Below, piece after piece: positions 25,183-37,100 of a stretch of 64,000 nt of DNA (the stretch's first letter is position 1; each line of letters starts with the position of its first letter). Under the pieces are notes generated by a model. That model had not been told where the DNA came from, did not search any database, and was given only the letters and a program-made list of their open reading frames with translations. The position numbers and the translations under genes were made by a program. Source of the DNA: Eledone cirrhosa (lineage: Eukaryota); assembly GCA_964016885.1 (NCBI GenBank), contig OZ024740.1:341124001-341188000 (forward strand). Reading direction: 5' to 3'.

Positions 25183-28100
25183 AAACAGAATACCAGTGTA
25201 CAAAGAGAATTTCTCCTGTACATCAATTTACCTACCGATAACCTATATATATATATAGTTGGGCCTCAGTCATTACGATTGTATTCTGAGCTGATTATTA
25301 TTGAAATGATTGTAATATGCCAATAAAGTTTATATATATATGGTACAACATTAACTTCAATCCTGTTTACTTATATATATCACACTGTAAATGTGGTTGG
25401 TGTTAGGAAGGACATCCAGCCGTAGAAAACCTGCCAGATAGTTCTATATGAGCGAGACACGGTCACCCAACCAACCTTGCCTCAAGTCGGACAACTCCCG
25501 TCTAACCCATGCTAGCGTAGAAAGTGGACGTTAAACGAGGATGATGATGATGATGATGATATACACACCCAGTCCACACTGAAAGTGGTCAAGTTGGTGA
25601 CCTGATCAAAAGTGCCCAGTTCACACTGTAGAGTGGCCGTGTTGGTGTCGCAACAACAAGCACCCAGTCCACACTGTAAATGTGGTTGGTGTTAGGAAGG
25701 GCATCCAGCCATAGAAATCCATCCAGAAATGGGACAACTTGTCTAACCCATGCTAGCCTGGAAAAATGGAGTTCAAATGGTAATGATAATATATATATAT
25801 TTATTATTAGTATAGATTAAAGTTTAAGCAAAGAATGTTTACCCTATTATTAATTTGTATTAATAATAAATATTTACTCTATGGGTTTATATGTACTTTT
25901 ACATATATATATATATAGAATCCTTATTGAGCCCTCTTTGAATTTTGGTCTTCGTAATTATTATTACTAAATATATATATACATATGTGTAACAGTAATA
26001 TACGTGAACGACAAAGCATAAATGAATTGAGAGAGAGACTGAGCATAAGAGGAATCAAATGCTGCGTGCAGGAGAGGCGGTTACGCTGGTATGGACATGT
26101 GATGCGTATGAAGGATGACAGCTGCATAAAAAGGTGCAGAGCACTAGAAGTTGATGGAAACCGCGGAGTGGGGAGACCCAAGATGACTTGGGATGAGGTG
26201 ATAAAAGCCGACCTTACCCAACTACACCTCTCAAAGTCAATGACACACGACCGTGACTTCTGGCGTCACGCAGTAATACAGGGTACCCGACCTCCCATGG
26301 GTACATGCTGAAGCATATAAACAATATGCCCCCCCCCCCCCCCCCACCGCAAGGTGGTCGTGGAGGTGCCACGGCAAAAAAGCACCCAGCCCACACTGTA
26401 AAGTGGACGTGTAGGCGCCACGAAAAAGCACCCAGCACTCACTGTAAATGAGGTTGGTGTTAGGAAGGGCATCCAGCTGTAGAAATCAAGCCAGATCAGT
26501 TCCTGTATGAGCAAGGCATGGTCAGCCGACCAGACACTGCCCACAACAGGACAACCCGTCTAACCCATGCTAGCGTGGAAGAACGGACGTAAAACGGTGA
26601 TGATGATGATGATGATGATGATATATATATATAGGGAGAGAGAGAGAGAGGTACACATTCATTTCATTTTTACGTCCACTTTTCCCTGCTTGCAAGGGTG
26701 GGACGGGAACTGATTCTGGCTTGATTTCTACAGCTGGATGCCCTTCCCAACACCAACCTCATTTACAGTGAGTGCTGGGTGCTTTTTTGCCGTGGCACCT
26801 CCACGACCACTTTGCAGTGGAATGATAGGGACCCCAGTCCCTATCATCTCATTTCTACAGCTGAGTAAACTGGAGCAATGTGAAATAAAGTGTCTTGCTC
26901 AAGGAAACAACACATCACCCGGTCTGAGAATTGAACTCACAACCTTTTGATTGCAAGGCCAATGCTCTAACCACTAACCACTAAGCCATGTGCCTCCATA
27001 ACAATGCATATTATTATGGTTGATGGGATAAAGATGATAGGTTTTATACCACTATATAATATTATTGTTACAGCTCGCACCTATGAATAAGTAAAAATGT
27101 CTTATGATAAGAATTGACCATTTTTTCTGACAGATCTTCCTTCTTATTTACAGCCTTTCCAAATTGGATTAGTAACACTTGTTCTACCTCAGTTAACCAG
27201 GGAACCATATCTATATTTATGGAATATTTCTAATCTCAAGCAACCTGTGCACACTTTTGTAGGGCATGCTGATGTTGTTTTGGATTTCCACTGGAGAAAT
27301 AAAGCAAAAGGTAATCTATTGATTTCTCTGTTTGTGTGAGTATGTGTGTGTGTGAGAGAGAGAGAGGCATAGACAGAGAATAATTTTGTGTGTAAGTATA
27401 TGCATGTTTTGGATATTCTCTTTCATCAAACTATTGTGTGTGAGAAAGAGATAGTGTCTATATGGGAGTTTTTGTTTGTGTGACAAAGAGTAATTTTCTG
27501 TTTGCGTTTGTATGCATGTTTTGGATATGCAGTGGCATGACAAGCTTTTTCAGATTGCCATATCAGCTACATTCCCACTTACTTCCCATTAGATTTTATT
27601 TCCTACTCCCAGACATGTCTTTTTTGGTTCTTTTCCTTCCTCTACCTCCCTCTATATTTCTATCACTCCTCTCACTCAGTCTGTCAGTTTTGGAGTTGTA
27701 TGTGTGAGAGAGGATATGAATGACAATGTGGTTGTATGTGTAATTTGGATATTTTTTTATAATCAGAATTGTGAGAGAGAGAGAGATTGAGTTTTTAAGT
27801 TGTGTGTGGGATGGAGTGTATGAGTGACAGTGTGTGTTTTGAATATTTGTTTTCTTGAGGCCCCTCCAGGTTAGCACTTGTTTTAGCTGGAAAAACGGTC
27901 TTAAAATGCTTGTTGTATCAGACATCATCATTCATATGTCCGCTTTTCCCTGCTTGCAAGGGTGGGACGGGTCCTATTCAGCACATCATCTCTACACTTG
28001 TCACGGTCTTTTGTCATCTCCTCCGTGAGTTTCAGCGATCTGAGGTCTGCTCTCACCACCTCTGCCCATGTTTTTTGTGGTCTTCTTCTACTGCGTCTTC

Positions 28101-31100
28101 CTTCTACTGTGATTTCTTGGCACTTCTTTACCCAGCGGTCATTTTCCATGTGCATCTCATGTCCATACCATCTCAGTCTTCTCTCCTGAACACCACAATT
28201 ATCCCTCTTATACCCAGTTTCTTTCTCAACTCATCTATGCTTGGTCGTTCACGCACATTGACATTGCACATCCAACGGAGCATGCTTGCTTGATTTCTCT
28301 CCAGCCGTCGCATATCCTCTGCAGTTGCTGCCCATGTCTCACTACCATGCAGTATTGCGCATCTCACACAGGCATCATATAACTGTCCTTTCGTACGCAG
28401 GGAGAAACCCTTCTTTGTCAACAGAGGAAGCAGCTCCCTAAACTTCTTCCAACCCGTCCTTATTCTAGATACTATGGCCTTGGAACACCCTCTCCCATGC
28501 TAATATGATCACCTAGGTACCGGAAGCTATCAACCACTTCTATAGAACCCACCTGCATTGGAAAAATGTGTCTATCACTGCAATTACTACTGCCAACTTT
28601 CCCTGTACATCTACTGCATACATAGTTTTCCCTACCTGTTAGTTTGCCTGCTATCCCACTACATCTCTTGTGTACCCAAGATCTGCATTGCGTACATTTT
28701 ATGGAATTTATGCCAGTTCCTTTTCTACATATCAAACATGGCCATTTCCCTGATGGAATCAGAGTATTGTCCTCTCTTCTACTTATCAACACTTTTGAAA
28801 ATGTGAAATGCTGTACATACAATGGAGTCATCATCATCATAGTTTTTACATCCATTTTTCCATGATTGCATGGGTTGGATGGGTCCTTCTCAGCACGGCA
28901 TCTCTCCACTTGTTACGTTCCTTTGTCATCTCCTCTGCCCAGGTCTTTCTTGGTTGTCCTCTACTGCGGCATTCCTGGTATTTCTTCACCCATCGGTCAT
29001 TGTCCATGCGCATTACATGTCCATACCAATGCAGTCTTCTCCCCTGCACACCACCTTGGATTCCTCTTAAATACAACTTCTCCTTCAGTTCATCCAAGCT
29101 CTGTCTTTCTCTCACACTTACATTGCACATCCAACAAAGCATGGTTGCTTATTTCTCTCCATTCTACACATGCCCTTTGTGGAAAATTAAAGGCTGAAGG
29201 TAATAACCAGGCAGAGAGAGAGTGATGATGATACTAGTGGCAAAGAGTTAGTTGATGGACAATATAAAGAGTAGACAGTCAGAGAAGTAGGTTGATAAGA
29301 CTAGATTTCAGTTCTTATTTAACACAGCATATAGCCTCATATGCTGGGCAGTAGACTTAATCTGTGACATGATTTAACATTGCCATCTAACCATTATAGA
29401 CCTTTAGTGGAATCCACACTATTGCAAGTAGTCTGTCTGGCTTGATGCCATCTGTCCAATCTGAGGAGTTGTGGTTTCTTTCTCCATTTCCTCCTACCAG
29501 TCTTGGATGCCTCTTCCCCTGAAATGGCTGTGTGCTTCCCCTCCTTTTCTGAATACAACAATCATGTTAACGCCATTTTTCTCTACTAAAGCAAGGGTTA
29601 GTCTTGTGAGCTCCATGTCAGACTTAATCATACTCATCATGGGGTCCTTTTTGAGGCAATATTTTATAGCTGGAAGCTCTTCCTGGTGCCAACCCTTTTA
29701 GTCACCTTATGATGCACATAAAATAAAATCTATAAAAAAATGAATTAATTTTAATCGTAGATCAAGATAGTCCTCTTGTGTCATTAACAAATATGAATTA
29801 ATGATAAACTTCATATTGTATTAGAATGTAATATATATGTATTTTTCTGGCAAAAGATTTTTTCCTTGAAATTCTTAGAAATATTTAGTGATCCCAAACC
29901 CATCTAGGAGGGCAGTGACTCTAACTACTGACTTGAATCGTAGTGACTCGTCCAACCCATGTCAGCATGGAAAAACATGTGGAATGATGATGATAATGTT
30001 TCTTCACTTCTACTACATTTGTTTCTGTATTATGTTTGAGATGACTCTTTAGTCTTGTCATGACAACCTCTCTTGTACTGGTGTCACAATAAAATGCACC
30101 CAGTACTCTTTGTAAAATGGTTGTGTGAAGAAAGGCATCCAGCCATAGGAACTGTCCTCCAATATTGGAATCTACATGTAAGATATGGTATTTCAATCCC
30201 TCTAAGAGGACACAAACGTTGAATATGAACTAACTGGCACTCTGTCATTAATGACAAGTGTTCTAATTGATCCGATCAATGGAACAGCCTGCTCGTGAAA
30301 TTAGTGTGCAAGTGGCTAAGCATTCCACAGACATGCATACCCTTAACATAGTTCTCTGGGAGATTCGGTGTGACACCAAATTGCAGGTACAACTCATTTT
30401 TGCCAGCTGAGTGGACTGGAGCAATATGAAATAAAGTGCCTTGCTCAAGGACACAATGCACCACCGGGAATCAAACTCATGACATTACTGTTGTGAGCCG
30501 AATACACTAACCACAAAGCTATGTGCCTTCATATGAACTAGATTGGTGTTTAACAACCCAGGTATAAAATGATGATGGTGATGTTTATTTTGTTAATCAT
30601 GTTCTAGTAATTGTGTTGGTGTTTACCTGGAATGGGTTGTGTTAGCTCCAACTAAGTAATCCACAGCATTGTGAACTAAAGCAAGCCATATAGTAATCAT
30701 AATCAGCCAACACAGAGATGGCTGACCTGTCATGATTCTAATGATGTACAACATATATGTTAGAACCAGGTATCAATTTGAAATCTGACCTGATTGTTTT
30801 AATCAACTGCTATGTTGGGTGCTCATATCCCTACTGCATGTGTTGAGGAAGGGTGGGGGTGCTATCAACGAAAACTCTGCTTGAGAAAGAATACAAAAAC
30901 TGAATCATTTCTTGTTTGTCTTCCAGGTAGTAGTGATTACCAATTGGTAACTTGGTCAAAGGATCAGAGTTTAAGAATTTGGAAAATAGATTCCAACTTA
31001 CAGAAAGTAAGCTTACTTTGAAATTATCATTTTTTTTTTTTTAAACTTTTTTTTGTTTTTTGTTTCATTAACTATTTCAGCTGTTTACATTTATAGTTAT

Positions 31101-34100
31101 TTAGGTTAGAATATATGTTAGATGGATTTAAAAAATTTGAATGTCTTCATGCTATCAAAGTGTGTTTACAATGAGATGTTCATGTTAATCTTTAAGATGG
31201 TTACCATTTGTTTCTACTCTCAATGAGCCAGTGAGGTAAGCTTCTACATTAGTGTTTGACTTGATAGCAATAACAGCCAAATCTACATCAAATCACACTC
31301 TACTGTCTATAAAAAACAAAATGAATGACATATTGAATACTGTAGTATTAGATACTGTCTGAATAAAAGATCTAATGGTCGAGGCTGAAATTCTTTTGAC
31401 TATAGGTCATCTTGATTAGGGCTAAGCTGGGGCAAACCAATAACAATAAAGAAGCCATCATTAGATAACGTAATCCATGATTCACTATGCTCTAAATAGA
31501 TGATGGTGTGGTTATAGCAGGAATGCCTTTGATAATAGATTTTCAAGAGTCAAACAAGAACATTGTGGAAGGAGGTATTAGATAATGTAGTCTTAGATAC
31601 ACTATATCAGAATAAAAATGAAGAACAAGAGCCATCTTTAAAGGATGTATGGTTACGTAGTTCACTTTGCAACTAAATAGTTTCAGGTTCAGTTGCACAA
31701 TGTGGTACCTTCACAGGTGTTTTCTTCCATAGCTTCATATTGACCAAAGCCTCGTGAATTTGGTAGACAGAAACTACATGGAAGTTCAGCAGAGGAATTG
31801 TTCTAATTCTTGGGTGGTAGACTTAATCTGTTACCCAGTTTAATTCTTTTGGTACCAAATGACCCCTGGTTCTATGATACAATGCTGTTTATCTTAAAGC
31901 ACTTGTATTTATTTTAGATAACCCTTTATTACCATATTTCTAATTAAAGTGTAATTAGAAATATGGTAATAAAGGGTTAAAACCACCACCTGTCTTTTGG
32001 GTGACTTTAGTGGAGATCAGCTTTGTTGCAATCATTCAGGCCAAGATAATGTCTTTCCACCAGTTTCAGAGATCATAGGCCCACTTTCTCCAAAAATGAC
32101 TGTCTCACTCTATTCAAGTGAAATCTACCATTATAAATTTGTTTTGTTAATTGGTTATTATGTATTTCTTAACAGAGATTTCGAACTAACAAGGTAAGTA
32201 TCCCACTGCCTCCTCAGTTAACTTCCACCCCAATTCACTATGCCCCAATGTTTCTCCCTCAGTTTATTATATAGCAGGATTGAGTCGGGAGCAAGTGTAG
32301 AGGTTGAAGAAGTCTTTTTTTTTCTACCCGTCCAAATTTCACTACATTTTCCTTTTTAAATTTTGTCCTTTTTCAATCAATTTTTTCTTTCCTTTTTTTG
32401 TTTTTATCTCATTAAGTTTTTATTGAAAGTCCTTTAATGCGGCGAATTGGCAGAGTTGTTAAGATGTCGGATAGAATGATTTACTGTATCCGTCCCACCT
32501 CATTGCACACTGAGTTCAAATCCCGCCAGAGTCAATTTTGCCTTTCATCCTTTCAAAGTCAATAAAAAAGTACCAGTCCTGTACTGCGGTCGATTCTTCC
32601 TCTATAGAAAAAATTGGCTGTGTTCAGACCTGGAGAGGGTTAGGCTCCACCAGGTTTAAAAGTGCCCTAGACATACCGTATGACAGTGCCTCTGTGACTC
32701 CACAAGGAGTTAGGGGATCTTTCTCCTTTATCCTTTAATGCATCACAACCACCTGATCATTGAGTCTCGCTAGGTGAGGTTTTCCTCAAGTCAGGATGTC
32801 AAGAAATTGTTTCCAAGAACTGTTACTCAACCTATATGAAATCCTCAATATTTTCATTGACAATTAAAGTGTACCAGTAGAAAATGTTTGGGTATAGCGC
32901 CCAGTTCTCAGAAACCTGAGAGTAATATCTCAGTATCTCGTGTTTCTACATTATTTCAAATTTGGTTTGCACTACAATGAACACAGGGTAATCTAAAGCC
33001 AGTGACATATAGCCAAGGTTCTATATAGAGTATGTCCAAGTTTGATACCTTTTTGAGTCTTGGTTCATTTTTATACCTTTGTCCATTATCAAAACCCATC
33101 ATGAATCTAAGCTGAAAATTTTACAATCCCTGCACTGATAGGCAATATATTTATTCATAGTATCTATCTAGACAATTCTTGTGAAAAGGCAGATAAATTA
33201 ATCAGAGACTTGCTCAATATGCAGAAAAGGTGAAGGTATAAACTATACGATGTACACAATATAAATCTTAGGTGTACAAAAGATGTAGTCAGATAGCAGG
33301 CAGACTAATTGAAAATGTAGTCTCTATAAGTAGCAAATGCACAGGGACAATTGCTACTAGGAACATCATTGAAATAAATGTTTTCTAGTCCCATAAGGAC
33401 CCATAGAAGTGGTTGATAGCTTCTGCTACCTAAGATTTTTAATTAGCAGTGGAGGAGGTTGTTTGGAGAGAATAGTAGCTAGAATAAGAACAGGATGGAA
33501 AAAGTTCAGAGAGCTACTACTTCTGTTAACAACAAAAAGTTTCTTTCTACGAACAAAGGCTCAGATGTATGATGTCTGTATGCGATGCGCAATGTTACAT
33601 GTTAGTGAGATATGGGCAGTGAATGCAGAGGATATGCGAAGGCTGGAGAGAAATGAAGCCAACATGCTCCATTGGATGTGCAATGTTATATAGTGACAGA
33701 TGGACGGTCGTAAACACAAAAGCCTTCCCTAGTGAGGAATGTACATCCCAACATAGCTTAGTTGTCAGTGACCTCACAGTCAGAACTAGACGAACCTGGA
33801 AACAGAGGCCAACCTGGAGAAGAAAGATCTGGAAGCTGAAAGTCCCCTCAACCAGTAACAGATTTAAAGATACTTTACTCAACGCCTACGACAGTAAAGA
33901 AGAACAGATAGAGACATTCAACGTAGAAGAGCACTGGGAGTTCCTAAAAAAATAACTTACTAGAGGCGACGGATGAGGTCTGTGGCTGGAGTAAGACCAC
34001 AAGCAGGAGGAGAGTGACTTGGTGGTGGAACAATAAGGTAGATGAGGCAGTTAAGGCCAAGAGACAGGCATGGAAAGAACGGGGGGAGCAGGGTACATTA

Positions 34101-37100
34101 CATAGAGACCAAGAGGGAAGCTAGGCGACAAGTATACTTAGCTAGGAGGGAAGCAGAGGATAGAAAATTCAAGCATGTTTTGCAACGTGAGGACCAGAAA
34201 CAGGAGGTGTTCAAGATTGCGAAGCAGTGTGTCAGAGAGAATTGTGATGTCATTGGAGAGAAGTGTATCCGGAATGATAAAGGTGAGCTTGCTCTCACAA
34301 GTGCTGAGAAGAAAGATGCATGGAAGAGTCATTATGATAGATTACTAAATGAGGAGAATGCATGGGAAGAAGAGACCCTACCCCAAGTAGACCCTATAGA
34401 GGGGCCAGCAGTACAAGTCAGCAGCAGCGTAGTAAGTAAAGCAATCAAAGATATGGAGATGGGGAAGGCAACCGGTCCATCGGTCACACTATAACCACAC
34501 GTATTGTTAACCAGGTAATACTAGAAGGTGTCATACCAAAAGATTGGTGCAGTAGCATCATTGTCAACTGCTACAAAGGTAAAGGCGATGCACTAGATAG
34601 AAGAAACTATAGAGGTATAAAGCTGATGGACCAGGTCATGAAAGTAACAGAAAGAGTTATAGCACAGTTCATTAGGGACCGGGTGAAATTAGATGAGATG
34701 CAATTTGGGTTTGTACCAGGAAGAGGCACCACTGATGCCCTCTTCCTTGTGAGGCAGTTACAGGAAAAGTACCTAGCTAAAAGTAAGCCACTCTACCTGG
34801 CATTCGTCGATCTTGAGAAAGCCTTTGACAGAGTTCCACGTGCTGTAATCTGGTGGGCTCTTAGAAAACTAGAAGTAGATGAATGGCTTGTGAAAGCGGT
34901 ACAAGCCATGTATAGGGGAGCAGTCAGCAAAGTTAGGATTAGCAATGAGTATAGTGAGGAATTTAGCGTACAGGTTGGGGTCCACCAGGGCTCTGTTCTT
35001 AGCCCCCTCCTGTTCATCATAGTCCTGCAGGCAATAACGGAGGAATTTAAGACCGGATGCCCATGGGAACTCCTGTATGCTGATGACCTCACACTCATAG
35101 CTGAATCTATGGTAGAACTAGAGAATAAATTCCAAACTTGGAAGCAGGGACTAGAAAGAAAGGGTCTCAAAGTCAACATGACAAAGACTAAGGTCCTTGT
35201 AAGTAGACGAGAAAACAGAACCCAGATCCCCTCAGGGAAATGGCCTTGCTCAGTATGTAGGAAAGGTGTAGGTAGGAACTCCATTCTCTGCCCCAAATGC
35301 AAACAATGGGTACACAAGAGATGTAGCGGGATCTCAGGAAGCTAAATAAGAATGTAGGCTTCACATGCAGCAGCTGTGCTGGGACAGCAAGCAGCAAACA
35401 GCTACAGGAAATAAGTACCACCAATCTCTGGGAGGGCTCTGTAGAAACAGTAGACAGCTTCTGCTACCTAGGTGACCGAATTTGCAGCGGAGGTGGGTGT
35501 TCAGAAAGTACAATAACTAGGGTAAGAACGGGATGGAAGAAGTTTAGGGAACTACTACCACTGCTAGCTGCAAAAGGCTTCTTCCTCAAAATGAAAGGCA
35601 GACTGTATGATGCGTGTATCCGAACAGCGATGTTGCATGGTAGTGAGACCTGGGCGCTGAAGGTAGACGACTTACGTAGATTAAAGAGAAACGGAGCCTG
35701 CATGCTCCGATGGATGTGTAATAGTAATATACGCGAACGACAAAGCATAAATGAATTGAGAGAGAGACTGAGCATAAGAGGAATCAAATGCTGTGTGCAG
35801 GAGAGGCGGTTGCGTTGGTATGGACATGTGATGCGTATGAAGGATGACAGCTGCATAAAAAGGTGCAGAGCACTAGAAGTCGATGGAAACCGCGGAGTGG
35901 GGAGACCCAAGATGACCTGGGATGAGGTGATAAAAGCCGACCTTACACAATTACACCTCTCAAAGGCGATGTCACACGACCGTGACCTCTGGCGTCACGC
36001 AGTAATACAGAGTACCCGACCTTCCATAGGTACAAGCTGAAGCATATAGACAATATGCCCCCACACCCCCCACTGCAAGGTGGTCGTGGAGGTGCCACGG
36101 CAAAAAAGCACCCAGCCCACACTGTACAGTGGACGTGTAAGCGCCACGCAAAAGCACCCAGCACTCACTGTAAATGAGGTTGGTGATAGGAAGGGCATCC
36201 AGCTGTAGAAATCAAGCCAAATCAGTTCTTGTATGAGCAAGGCATGGTCAGCCGACCAGACACTGCCCACAACAGGACAACCCGTCTAACCCATGCTAGC
36301 GTGGAAGAACGGACGTAAAACGGTGATGATGATGATGAATGAAATTATTGTGTGAAGTGCTCAGGTGCACTACAACTCGTCAAAGTATAGTACAAAATAT
36401 AGTACAAAGTATAGTACATAGAATAATTGTTTCTACTTTAGGCACAAGGCCAGCAATTATCCAGTACAGTACTGGTACTTTATTTTATCAACCTCGTAAG
36501 GATGAAAGGCAAAGTTAACCTCGGCGGGATTTGAACTCAGACTGTAAAGGGACGTAACTATGCTAGAAAGCATGGCGTCCGACCCTCTACCGATACTGCC
36601 AATCCACACATAGAATAATATACAAATGTCAGGGAAGTCAATAGTGTATGAGTCATGATATACATGTGTGTATGTGTATGGAGGGGGAACATTAGGTGTA
36701 GTGTTGACGAATCTCGGGAAGCATGGAGGTTTTAAAGGATGCAGTGTCTCGACAGCTAACAACTGATGCAGGCAGTTTGTTCCATGCTTCAGCAACTCTG
36801 AGCGTGAAAAAATGTTTCCGAAAGTCATGGGAGCTGTGCTGTTTTCTGACTTTGTGGGCATGCCCACGTGTGTTAGACACATGGAAATCAAAAAGGTACT
36901 CAGGGTTGTTGTTGGCAAGATGGTTAATAATTTTGTGGGTGTTTACCAAGTCAGTTGCCAGGCGTTGGAGCTTCAATGTATCCATGCCCAGGGAAGCAAG
37001 GCATTCAGAGTATGGTAGATGCCTGAAATATGCTTAAACAACAGAGCAAGGATAATCTAAGATAAAAGCTGGATATAAGAGGAATCAGATGTAGTGTGCA

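Noticed and set aside
27127-27153. Upstream alternative acceptor ctgacag for exon 10
   Set aside because: It would add 20 nt and shift the frame; the CTGAC is more likely the branch point.
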